From Octopus bimaculoides (lineage: Eukaryota), in the NCBI RefSeq assembly GCF_001194135.2, contig NC_068995.1:16551063-16615062 (forward strand): 64,000 bases of DNA. Direction: 5' to 3'. The notes beneath the pieces are model-generated. The model was given only the letters and a program-made list of their open reading frames with translations. It did not search any database and had not been told where the DNA came from. This document shows, in pieces, positions 51,386-64,000 of the stretch. A program made the translations under genes and the position numbers. Positions within the stretch are counted from its first letter, which is position 1, and every line of letters begins with the position of its first letter.

Positions 51386-53239
51386 CCTTTTGGTCTCTGT
51401 CCTAGCCTCTCTAAAGCTNNNNNNNNNNTCTGTCCTAGCCTCTCTAAAGCTTTCTTCGCCACTGTCGAAGCTATGATTGTTAAAAAGGATATTTTAATAA
51501 TAATAAAAAAAAAAAAAATAAATATATAAATAAAAATATTTATCCCCGAAATCGTTCTTTTCTGAAGATTCGGCATATTGCCAATACTATTACTATAACT
51601 TTGATTGCTGGTTTTACGTTTCACAATAACAAATGGCTATTTTCCAATAGAAACCAGATTTACCATTCTGGTCTTCGGAGACCAATTCTGTATCCATTTA
51701 TTCTCTTAAGTGGTGTGTGATCTAGAAATATAGACGTTATATTATATATATATGATATCTCAGTGGACCACAATCAAGTAAATCCTATGTGGTCAGCGTT
51801 GTGAATCGAACTTCTGCAATCACAGTCTGCGGTGGTCAACTGGGAAATTTGACTAATAGTAAAGGACTGGCCAAGAAATCGACACTTGTCTGTCTGTCTC
51901 TCTCTCTTTCGCCTCTCTCTCTCTCTTTCTCTCTCCCTCTCTTCATACAGCAAACATACGTTGATTACTTTTCACTGAACACTAGATGTTAGTTTCAGTT
52001 TATTGGACATTATACTCATAAATGTCGATAGCTTATCTATATAGCGTATCATATCTTACGAGCAAATATATACGAAAGTACATACATATGTGTGTGTGTA
52101 TATACATACATACATACATACATACATAAATGCACACGTATGTATGTGTGTGTATGTATATATATTTACATACACACACATATGTGCATACATGCATATG
52201 TATGTATGAAAGTATGTACGTGTGTCCGTTATTTACACACTTATTTTTAAATTTGATTACGTATACGTACATATATATATATATATNNNNNNNNNNNNNN
52301 NNNNNNNNNNNNNNNNNNNNNNNNNNNNNNNNNNNNNNNNNNNNNNNNNNNNNNNNNNNNNNNNNNNNNNNNNNNNNNNNNNNNNNTATACATACACATA
52401 CATATACATACATACATACATATATACATACACATAGATACATACACATACATATACATACACATACATATACATAGATACATACATACATACATACATA
52501 CATATCAAATATGTACTTGTGTGCATATATATGCGTGTGTGTGTTCAAACTTAAACTTACACATATTTTATTATTTTCATTCTATAATGCATACACACAT
52601 GCGCGCGCACGTAACCCCACTCATTCATATAGACATGCTCAACAGCATATGCACAACATATGCACAGATATACACCCTCAATTATATTTGTATAAATTTT
52701 AGTTTTACTATATTTAGAAATATATCCAGCACTTATTTGTGAAGTCGCTCTCTCTTCCCCTCACTTCTTCTCTCTCCTTTCCTCTCTCTCTCTCTCTCAC
52801 ACACACACCTTAATTATAAACACATACATACAAACGTAGATACAAACATATATGTACATATACACAAACATGTCCGCACATACATACATTTTTGTGTTCT
52901 CAGCTTATACAAACATGGTCAGGCCACTCAAAGTAAAGGACTCGAAGTGCAAACTTTTATACATTCATACATATAGGTCAGTCCGTCCGTCTGTCTGTCT
53001 GTCTGTCTGTCTTTTTGCTTCTCAGAGAGAGAGGGGGAGTGAGAGAATAAAAAAGAGGGAGAGAGAGAGAGGGGATGTGAATATTTGCTACGCATATGCA
53101 TCAGTGTATTAAGGAAATCCAGTATAAGTTATTGTAAGTATCTATCCCTAAAACGTATTTTGTTTATAATCGATATCGAAATACTTACCCAATCTGGATA
53201 TATAGCAAAGTGATTGAGGACGTGGTTGAAATTTCTATC

Positions 53240-54415
53240 TATGAATTGCCGTTTGTGCATGCAAAGGGAAAAATCTTTCTTCTCTAATATTCAAAATGTT
53301 AACTGTTCATATAATATTCAATTATCTCTGATACAAGGATTGCATTTACCGCTCCGTCCCCTATATTTGCTGGCCTTAGCTATTATGCTCTAATTTATAT
53401 AGGGGTTGTTCACACTCCTCTCTTTAAGAGTCCATGCCCTACTGGGCAAAGATGTTGTGCATCTTTTGTAACGAGGCCAAATGTTGCGTATACCTCCACT
53501 TGAATGTTTTTCGTCATTCCAATGTAAGTTTTTGTTGATCCGTTCAAGTCAAGTCCAGTCCGTCATGCTGGACTTGTACACCACTTCTTTTCTCCAGGCT
53601 CACAGTCAGGGGACAGTTATTTGGTGATCTGTAATAAAAGATCCTTGAGGGCTGTTCCTAATGTTATTTTTCTTATTGTGATTGATAATCTTCGATCCTG
53701 TGTTGCAGAGGCAACTATAGGTTTACTTTAACTGAATTTCTATCGAAGTCGTTGTAGTATTTCTGTAAGTGTTAGAAATATGCATCAATGGGTTTCAGAA
53801 ATTTTCTCGCTATAGTTACAGCCTCAGTCATGCGGTATGGAGTATTATACCATAATATTTTCCTCTCCTAATGTCTTTTTGGCCTATCTACGTAGTGTTC
53901 AATATAGAATATACTATTAAAACTGGACCGTTTTTATGCAGCGTCGTAATATGGGGCTGCCTCTTTCTAAGTAGATTCGTCAGAGAATAGGTCGGAAACA
54001 TGCTTACTAATGTCGTTAACTAATTGTTTGATTATTGAAGGTGAATGATCAGAACCTCTGTCAATATAGTTGGTGTCCTCATTTGATTTACGGAAGGGTT
54101 TAATTTTGCCTGTACTTAAAATTCATATTAATACATTGGAAATTAATTTCTTTCAGACTAGTGCTAATGGTAAATTTAGGTTGAGTTGACTGAATATTTT
54201 GCATAATTTTGTTTTTTATCTTTCACATATCGTGTCCGTATTTAGTTACGCACTACTCCAAGACCAAGGTCCCTATATAATCCTACGTCGGCTTCTTCTG
54301 TTTCGTTTTTAAGGATATGTAGGATGCAAAGGTCAACCAGATCCGTAATCTCTGCTTCTTCACAGCTCCCGATAGCAACATCAAATAGTCCATTTCTATC
54401 CTTTTTCATCCAATA
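53240..54415 (-). mobile_element. Penelope-like retroelement relic (RT C-half plus GIY-YIG endonuclease)
   Basis: The - strand reads WMKKD..LFDVAIGS, VGLYRDLGLGV (54269-54283), PFRKSNEDTNYID, EAAPYYDAA, TKTYIGMT (53512-53526), WTLKE...SIIAKA..Y...KCNPC and CMHKRQF, with stops and frameshifts. Confidence 0.85.
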
Positions 54416-54485
54416 GAAACATGCGGGAAGGAAATTTGCCTAGTGAGTTCAAACGCAGGTCCAAAATGTTTTGCAAACACAGGTA

Positions 54486-54522
<37 letters not shown>

Positions 54523-55580
54523 TATTATTATTATATTTGTACATCACTCCAATCCCCAAAATCCAATAATGGAAAAGTAATTTTCAAATCATTCCAAACA
54601 TGTTTCTATGCTCGTTCGTTTTGGCAATGAAGCTTTTCAGGAGAATATACAAAGCGTTTTCAATGCCCCACCCCTCCCCGACCACCTAACAAAAAATTTT
54701 TAGAGGGTGCGCTTGCACCCCTGCAACCCATGTTTCCGAGCTTATCAATAGGAATTACTCAGGAAAAGCAATCACTTCCTTGTATTCATTATAATGAATA
54801 TATCGGTGTTCGCAACGGTTGTATATGCTTTACTAACCTCGAGTGCTTTTGGGGGAAGTTTTTGGAGATGAGATGTAAGACTCCATGAAGTCGAACTGCA
54901 TGAAGTTGCATGTGGGCTTATCTTTAATTTTCTTCGCCTATTCAATGGTTGAGCAGCTATATATCAATTGAATAAGGTATGAGAAAGCTCTTGTGTGTCG
55001 TATAATGTCTTGTATAGATTTGTTAATAATGCCTATTTCGCTTTTTGTGGGATTTATTATCTTAGTTGGAAAGTATTTTCATTTAATCTAATAAACATAC
55101 AGTGATATAAATACAAGATATATATCAAGTAGTATGAATATTGATATTAAAATAGCAAAGATTTGTCCCATGCATAAGAGTTATGCTTTGATTGCTAACT
55201 CGACCTCATCCGTGAAGGGAGGAGTTGGGTATGTATGTACGTATGTATGTATGTACGTGTGTGTATGCATGTATATATGTATATAAATATATTTGCATAT
55301 GTGTTTACGTATACGTGTATATATCTATATGCATATACATATTGTGTGTACGTACATATATATATATATGTAAATATGTCTAAAAATCCGTCTCTCCCTT
55401 CCTCTCTCTCTCTTTATATATATATATGTATGTGTGTGGGTGTATGGATGGATGCTCGCACATGATCGCATACGTGCATGCATAAGCGCATAGAATATCA
55501 GTGATACAAGAAATCACAATGTCATTTCTGAAGTAGGGAGATGTCAACAAAAGCAAACCAACTTCCATCTCCAACACCAC

Positions 55581-55637
<57 letters not shown>

Positions 55638-56133
55638 NNNNNNNNNNGGAGAAGAAGAAGAAGCAGAAGAAGAAGAAGAAGAGGTAGAAAATGAAGTATA
55701 ATACATAAAAAGAAAAGAATCTTTGGAAAGACAATTACATTCTCCTATTTGATATATAAATACTTGCACTTTGGCCTTCATCAGATTTTGGTTATTTGAA
55801 TATCAGAGTCATGACTCAACTGAACATACACGATCACCATCACCATCACACAGACGGCTGGATGGCATTATATTCTGATGTAGTCATAAATGTATCATCT
55901 TTGAGTGGCCTCTATGTTCATTATACATACATACACACTTGTGTATATATGTATATATATATATATATGTATATATATTTGTGGGGGCGTGTATTTGTGT
56001 TACAGACACAAACATACAAACATGTATACACACATATATGTATATAATTGATGTTTACACACACTCACATCATATGTACACATGCATAATATGCTGATGT
56101 ATACATATACACATATCTATAGATGTACGGACG

Positions 56134-56191
<58 letters not shown>

Positions 56192-56781
56192 ATATATATA
56201 CATATTGGAAGGTTTGGAGGNNNNNNNNNNGTGTGTGTGTATATATAATATATATACATATTGGAAGGTTTGGAGGTGATGTACAGGAATTATATATTAG
56301 AAAAAATAAGGTACTCAGATATACACATATATATAAAGAGTGAGAGACAGAGAAAGTAAGAGAGAATGAGAGAGAGAGAGAGAGAGAAAGAGAGAAAGAG
56401 GGTGAAGGAGAAAAAGGAGTGAATGTGTGAAAGTATAAGACATCATAAATTAAATGTGTCTAGTCTTGGAACATGATAGCGGATAACGGCAAAAGGTTTT
56501 CGGAACAGGATTAATTCTCAAGTAACTTCGGTTTACGAAAGTAAGATTTAAATAATTTATGGCTGAGAAAAATAATCATCCCTTTAGAATAAAAACATGA
56601 AATGAAGTTAGGTAATGTCAAATTTAATGATTATACTAATTATAGGTAATAGAATTTTAATTTCATGAAAGGTACCAATGCTTGGAGCTCATGGATCAGT
56701 TTACATACTTTTAATTCTCAGGAGTTGACAACGTAAGTAGCGCCGGGGTGTTAACTGGGGTAAATTCTATCAACCGTTCTC

Positions 56782-58120
56782 TTTACTCTTTTACTGGTTT
56801 CAGCCATTTGACTGCGGCCATGCTGGAGCACCGCCTTTAGTCGAGTGAATCGACTCCAGGACCTATTCTTTGTAAGCCTAGTACTTATTCTAGCGGTCTC
56901 TCTTGCCGAACCGCTAAGTTACGGGGATGTAAACACACCACCATTGGCTCTCAAGCAATGTTGGGGGACAAACACAGACACACAAACACACACATATATA
57001 TACATATATACGACAGGCTTCTTTCACTTTCCGTCTTCCAAATCCACTCACAAGGCTTTGGTCGGCCCGAGGCTATATTAGAAGACACTTGCTGAAGGTG
57101 CTACGCAGTGGGACTGAACCCGGAACCATATGGTTGGTAAGCAAGCTACTTACCACACATCCACTCCTGCACCTTTCTTTTGTTATTAGTATATATTGTT
57201 CTCTAAGACGGCGAGGTGGCAGACTTGTAGGCACGCCAGGTAAAACTGCACAGCGGCATTTCGTTTGTCTTTACGTTCCGAGTTCAAATTCCGCCGTAGT
57301 CGACTTTGCTTTCATCCTTTTGAGGTCGATAAAATAAGTCCTAGATGAGCACTGGNNNNNNNNNNCATATGGTTGGTAAGCAAGCTACTTACCACACATC
57401 CACTCCTGCACCTTTCTTTTGTTATTAGTATATATTGTTCTCTAAGACGGCGAGGTGGCAGACTTGTAGGCACGCCAGGTAAAACTGCACAGCGGCATTT
57501 CGTTTGTCTTCACGTTATGAGTTCAAATTCCGCTCAGGTCGACTTTACCTTTCATTCCTTTGGGGTCGATGAATTAAGTACCAGTTGAACACTGGGTTCA
57601 TTGCAATCGACTAGCCACGTCCCTCGAAATTGCCGGCCTTGTGCCAAAATTTGAAATCGATATTTAGGACACTTCCTCCTCTTCGTCTTCTCTGATTTAT
57701 CTCACAAACAATTGCAAATGGATTTTCAAAATGCTGGATATCTTATTTTATTCTTTTACTTGTTTCAGTCATTTGACTGCGGCCATGCAAGAGCACTGCC
57801 TTTTAGTCGAAGAAATCGATCCCAAGATTTATTCTTTGTAAGCCTGGTACTTGTTCTATCGGTCTCTTTGGCCGATCTGCTATGTTACTGGGAGGTAAAT
57901 ATGCTAACACCGGTTGTCAAGTGATGGTGGCGGGGTGAGGACAAACATAGAATCACACATATAAGTATATATATTCGACGGGCATCTTTTCAGTTTCCGT
58001 CTACCAAAACCACTCAAGGCTTTGGTCGGCCTGAGGCTATAGTAAAAGACACTTGCCAAGTTGCCACGCAATGGGCCTGAACGCAGAACCATGTGATTAG
58101 GAAGCAAGCTTCTTACCAAA
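56782..58120. mobile_element. Cluster of SINE A (-) and SINE B (+) copies
   Basis: A copies at about 56782-57172 and 57746-58120; B copies at about 57205-57355 and 57447-57660, partly duplicated across a short N gap. Confidence 0.8.
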
Positions 58121-58759
58121 ATCTTTTATTCAGAGGCAGTGTCAATGACACTTCACGGAGCTTCTGAGACTTGTGAGAGAGAGGAAGAGTTCCTCAAAGC
58201 AGAAGCCTGATCCGAATAGTTGCAACAGGGTGGACTTTCTTAAATGCACCTAAGGATCAAGCGCATCAATCAAGTAGGCTGCGACAAGATATGAACTCAG
58301 AACGCAGAAATCCGAAATAAATACCGCAAAGCATCCGGTTTTTCAATTCTTACAATTCTGCCAATCCATCACCTTCCCTAAGTACTTCGTTTTTATCTGA
58401 AAAGATGGAAGGCAAAGTTGACATTCGGCTCTAACGGCTCTGCCAAATCGCCGCCGCCTGTAAGAGTTCTATGTCTTGTCGGAAATATAAAGTGAAATAT
58501 TGTGACCATCATTCGGTCTCCAAGATAATTAGTGAAATAAAAGAAATTGAGATGATCATTAGAATCATTAAAATTGAATTACGAGTCTGGACTTACCAGG
58601 ATCTTAACAGCTTTATTCAAGTGTCTGCGACAAAAAGATTTTGTAGAAAGAAAGAAAAAAAGATAGAAAGAAAAGAAAGAAATAATGAAAGAAAGAAAGA
58701 AAGAAACGTTTGCAATTTTATTTGACCAATACACTCGTACATTCAATGATGGATAGCAG

Positions 58760-58975
58760 AAGACGGCGAGCAGGCAAAATCGTTATCGCGCAGGGCTAAA
58801 TGCTTAATGGCATTTGGTCCGTCTTTACGTTCTGAGTTCAAATTCCACCAAGGTCGACTTTGCCTTTCGTTCTTTTAGAGTCGATAAAATATGTACCAGT
58901 TGAGTAATGGGGTCCGTATAATCGGCTACCCATCACTCACGAACATGCCGGCTTGGTGCCAAAATTTGAAATCAA
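58760..58975 (+). mobile_element. SINE family B, full-length
   Basis: gaagacggcgagcaggcaaaatcgtt head, ctgagttcaaattcc B-box and aaaatttgaaatc end. Confidence 0.85.
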
Positions 58976-59321
58976 TGATAGATAGACCAAGGAGAAAGTG
59001 CGGCGGACATCCATGTTGTTTATAATTTATATCTAGTTATCCGAAACTAGATTATTTAATTCATAAATGCGCCAGTCTCCCTAGCTGTTATTAAGTACCA
59101 CAGAATGGGGCCGATCAGTTTACTAAGAAGCTGTAGTAGGAACATCGTTAAACTGATGTTTAACCTAGTCACAGAGCGAGGAAATTTGCGGGTATGTCGA
59201 ATCTGTTATATCCGGTTTTCTGTTTGAACGTAACTTCTCTTCCTCTATTCCTTCAGTTTCAGAGACCTTGTATTCACGAGTATCACCCTTTTCTTCCGAC
59301 TGAAAGACTTAAAAATATATA

Positions 59322-59868
59322 TAGGCGTAGCAGTGTGGAAAGAAGCTTGCTTCCCAGCTATGTGGGCCCCAGTTCAATCCTACTGCGTAGCATCTTGGAC
59401 AAGTGACTGCTACTGTAGCCTCGAGCTGGCCAAAGCTTTGTGAATGGATTTGGTAGATGGAAGTTGAAAGAAGCCCACCATGCTTGATCGCTAAATCTAC
59501 AAGTTTGTTTTTTATTCTGTCTCTGTTTATTTTATCTTATTCCTTTCTGTTGAAGAGCGTAGGCTCGAAACGTAAAATACTTTTTAATTTTCCCGAACGT
59601 CCAACTATCGCACCTGTCTCCGTCTTTTGTTTTTCTATAAATTCCAACTACACACAAACACACACACACAAAAACACGCACACACATAGACATATACATA
59701 TACATATATACGACGGGCTTCTTTTAGTTTCCGTCTATCACAAGGTTTTGGTCGGTCTGAGGCTATAGCAGAAGACACTTGCCCAAGGTGTCACCACATA
59801 GTGGGACTGAACCCAGAACTATGTGGTTGGGAAACAATCTCCTTACCACACAGCCACGCCTGCGCCTA
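59322..59868. mobile_element. Oppositely oriented SINE A heads bracketing the hammerhead block
   Basis: + copy at about 59322-59480 and - copy at about 59650-59868. Confidence 0.75.
59544..59577 (+). ncRNA. Minimal hammerhead, CUGUUGA core variant
   Basis: ttt-CTGTTGA-A-GAGC(gtag)GCTC-GAAA-C-GTA-aaa: short stem I, palindromic stem III, GUA cleavage triplet. Confidence 0.6.
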
Positions 59869-60764
59869 AACATTTCCATTTTAAAAGCCTAGTTTGTGTA
59901 CATTGAACTTATTCTTGACTATGTATCGTTTAATGATATCTAAAGATCCGATTCGGCGAGTAGGTTGTAGAAATTTCTCTTCAGCTTTGTTATCCACCTG
60001 GGTGTCTTGCATTGGTTAAAATCTTTCCCGGTATCTCCTCAGTGTATCTCTATTTTAGAATGGTAGCAGCTGTTTACCAACATATTTCCAGGCAGTCTCC
60101 AGTGATAGCGTCAACAACTTTTAACAAGAGATATATTGCTATTTTTTCTCCCTTTATTTTCCTTGGAAATGGTCTGTTTAGAGAATTTTAAATCATTCTC
60201 CTCAAACTGCCGGTTTAAACTACTTTTAAACTGTTTATATTCTATACAGCCATCTCTATCGAATTGGTTTTATATAGACGTATACAAGTGATGAGCGGCG
60301 GCAGTGACAGCGGCGGCGGCATTGGTGTTTGTGCTGTTGAATGTAACGATGTAATTGGAGGCTTGTTTACAGATTTCTGGTCACTTACTTCTAATGGCAG
60401 CTTTTGGCTGGTTTTGGACAATTTTTTTTCTTAGTTTTGAAAATTGTCTGACATCACAAGAGTTAGAATATTATAATCACAATCGCTATCTGTGATAGAC
60501 GTTTTTTCGGAAAACGAAAGAAGCCTATTATCGAAGTTGTTATGTAATTGTTGTTGTCTTACTCTCTGCCATCTCTTTGATCGAGCAGACCTACGATCAA
60601 AAGCAGTCCACTCGTGACCGTCCCGTCTTTTTTTTTTTTTTTTTGTAACGAGAATTACACTGTCCAGTGTAACCTTCTTGATTGAAGATCATAGAATGTT
60701 ATTTGTGATCGAATGAAATCGAAGGCATAATCGATATTTTAAACATAGTTGTTTCAAATATCTT

Positions 60765-60970
60765 GCACAAGGCCAGCAATTTGTGGAGAAGAAGGTAACT
60801 CGATTATATCGACTCCAGTATTATCACTGGTACTTATTTTATCGATCTTGAAAAGATTTAGGGCAAAGTCGACCTCGGTGGAATTTGAACTCAGAACGTA
60901 AAAAGCTGGAAGAAAAGCAAGCTGCTAAATATTTTTTCTGTCAACCATGTTGCCAGCTCGCCGCCTTCGC
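60765..60970 (-). mobile_element. SINE family B
   Basis: Reverse complement of 58760-58975. Confidence 0.75.
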
Positions 60971-63406
60971 TATTTTTAACACAACGAAACAAGTTCCAGC
61001 GTTTCACTTTAAAAAAACCTTAACAACGAAACTAGATATAAGTCATAATTGAAGTCGTCCACATAATGAAGCAATTTTTATGAAAATTATTACGGCGAAG
61101 TCCTTAGAGTGTAAGACAAAAATATCTTGTGATATTTATTTACTGTTCTCTGCATTCTGAGTTCAAATTCTCCAGAAGCCAGCTTTTCCTTTCGCTTCTT
61201 CGAAATCCATAAAATAAAGTCGCAGTCGTGAGTGGTGGAATTGCTAGAGCATCGTAAAAGATTTCTTCGCGTTCTTGAGTGCTCGACACTAACCGTCACT
61301 TGGTTTAATACTATCATCTGATTTTTTGGTACTTTTAACAGACGTCACTCTGGGACAAGGCATTCAGGCCAGAAATCCAGTTTGACAATAATTTTCTCTC
61401 TTCTTCTATCAAGCTTCACTTACTCTCACCGGTGTAGGAGACTTCGAAGAAATAAGGTATCACAGATGCTGTCCATCTCCCAACGGAACGGCAAAATATA
61501 TCAATTTATGCATCAAAATAGAAATGGGAAAGTTTATAGAATGCAGAATTGCCACGGATCTCGCACATATTTATTCTCAATTATTTCATATCTAAGACGT
61601 ATCTACGAAGCATATCTAAACCTTTAGATCTGTGAATCTATGGATCACGCCAACTGATGGCGTACTATCTTGTAAATATTAAGCCCCAAATGAACCTGAT
61701 CAAGCAGTCATATGATTAAAGATACATAAGTTATCACCATTCCATATTTTTTGAGTTAATGTTCACCCAGATCCACACATCCACGTTATTAAATGAATCC
61801 TTCTCTTTTTAAGACATTAGGGTATGTTATAGGAGAGATTTTATTGCTTTTTATAAAAGCTTGAACGACCGTATAGAGGTCCTTAACTCGACTTAGTGAT
61901 TATCTGTTGAAAATGGGGGAATTGATGTTATGGTAATATTGATAATGGAACAATGTCGAAGCGATTTACGTATGTAGAAGAAAGAACGTAACAATACCAA
62001 CACTTCATTTCCCACTTTCCTTAAAACAAAAAAAAAAAAACAAGTTTTCTACGGAACCAGAATTGTAAACGGTGTGCTTATGATTGGATCCATTTACCAT
62101 TTTCTATCACCGTAACCCAGGACCGAGTAAACTAGAGTTATATAATTCGATTGCAATGTGGTTAACATTGCTAACATCATCGATAATGACTGCAAGTCAA
62201 TAAATATACTTTATTGTCAGGTTTTGCTGCACAGCCGCACTAAAATGTACTGATAGCCATCATTAGAAATTAGCCAGTTTATACGAGATCTATTTACTGC
62301 TACTTAACAATTCATAATTACAAGCTTTCTCATGGATTGAAAATCTGCCTCTTGTTTCAAGGTGATATATAAAATGACCAGTTTCTTTGATCCGCTACTG
62401 TTCAGCACGGCAAGTTGTCTGATTGTGTCATTGATAGTCTACAGAGTTTAGCACCCTATTCACTCGACCAATTGATATCTAAATCCTGTCTCTTTGATCT
62501 ATAATCCTTTCCCGATTGTTAAGCGATGATGGAAAGCAATCAATTCTTTGTTATCTTTTATACAAATCAATCAGCTTGTTGTTATTTTTCTCTAGTTATC
62601 ATTGACTAGCTTGAAACGAAGCGAATCTTCTTCCCGCCTCTCATCTTCACCTCCCCATCTCTCTTGTACACACATTTTCCCTCTTACACTTTTACACATA
62701 CACAAACACAAACACACACACACACACATTTTCATTCACTCACTTTCACACACATATACTCTTTCTTTCTCTCATTCGTTCTCTGGCTCTCCTTCTCTCT
62801 CTCTCTCTCTCTCTCTCTGTCTGTCTCTCTGTCTCTCTCTCTCTGTCTCTCTGGTGTGCTCTTCTTAACCGCTGTCATTCCTTAACACGAAAACACTACT
62901 TCATACGACCGTATTAAAACAATTTGTTGGAGAAATTACTGTCCAACCTCTGTTGTGTTATGAAGCGGATAAATGAATGAAAATATATAGGTAGACAGAC
63001 AAAAAGATCTCTGGTCAATCAACGTAGATCTTTTTAAATACATTCTCTCGTTGTTTCTAACTCTATGCCAGCCCACATCGAGCAAAAACTATGACTACAA
63101 GCATTCCAGTCACAACCATCTCAGCTATTTCACTTAAGTGTTCCTTTAAAAGGAAAACCAGAGTAGGGTCGATCATAAGGTAGATTAGGCTTCTATTTTT
63201 AGCAAGTCAAGCGACAACGTAGAGGCTTTTGTTTAATCTTAAGTTAGCCTGAATGCAACATAACAATGATGAAATATATTCCAGCTTTGGCCATCCCTTA
63301 TATTGTATATACAAGATAACAAAACGGTGGAATGCGATCTAAAGAAGATTAGCTGGTATTATTAGCAGACCAATCCAGCGCGTAGAAACTGTCGTTGAAA
63401 CATCCT

Positions 63407-63710
63407 TTATCTTTTACTTGTTTCAGTCATTAGACTGCGGCCATGCTGGGGTACCGCCTTGAGGAATTTTAGTCGAGCGAATCGACACCATTACTTGTTT
63501 TCTTTAAAACCTGGTACTTATTTTATCGGACAATTTTGTCGAACCGCTAGTTAACGGGGACAAAATCACAGCAACAGTTTCTTTCATTTTAAATTTACTA
63601 AATTCACTCACAAGGCTTTGGTCGGCCCGAGGCTATAGAAGACATTTGCCTAAGGTGCCATGCAGTAGGATTGAATTGGGAGCCATGTGGTTGACAAGCA
63701 AGCTTCTTTA
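63407..63710 (-). mobile_element. SINE family A with internal deletion
   Basis: tcttttacttgtttcagtcattagactgcggcc...ggcccgaggctatag homology. Confidence 0.75.
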
Positions 63711-64000
63711 TTTCATAAATTTTGCCATGAAGGCATTACATAGAGGGGACAAACAAAGACAAACAAACATAAAGAAGCTACGGGCTGGATACGGACATTA
63801 ATGAATGAAATGAATACAAAGAGATGAGTAAAAAATGGTAGAGGCACCGGCGCCCGCCGACCTACAACCCCTCCAAAACCTTGTTCAATAAAAATCAACA
63901 AAATCAAATTAATTCAAGTCCTATAGTTTTCCACATCCAGGCCCCAAGCAAGATTCCTGCTGCCTGCAGGACAACCCGCAATGGCTGGCCCGGCTTTATG

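Noticed and set aside
57127-57520. Apparent tandem duplication across a short N gap (similar cases near 31099, 51419, 56221)
   Set aside because: Most likely unmerged contig overlaps or alternative haplotypes. The 31099 case stays ambiguous because tandem pLTR-like tails are plausible.

Overview
AT-rich, gappy animal genomic window saturated with microsatellites and short retroposons. The repeat families look like those of octopus; this is an inference from recognised repeat sequences. The only supportable gene is COG1 (conserved oligomeric Golgi complex subunit 1) on the + strand. Three internal, late coding exons are seen (8983-9178, 12905-13030, 28083-28283), with canonical splice sites and consistent phases; the upstream and terminal exons were not located. 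Almost all listed ORFs are artefacts of N-gaps or simple repeats. The rest is tRNA-derived SINEs, RTE LINE 3' ends, TTAA-flanked MITEs and three relics of Penelope-like (RT + GIY-YIG) retroelements. The main signal not explained by ordinary annotation is a set of hammerhead-ribozyme (HHR) motifs from several short repeat families. One is a tRNA-headed, HHR-tailed element with an inverted copy of its own tail (30727-31205). Several fold-back structures also have partial HHR cores at the fold. CpG density rises sharply at about 41 kb, suggesting the end of a methylated COG1 gene body.
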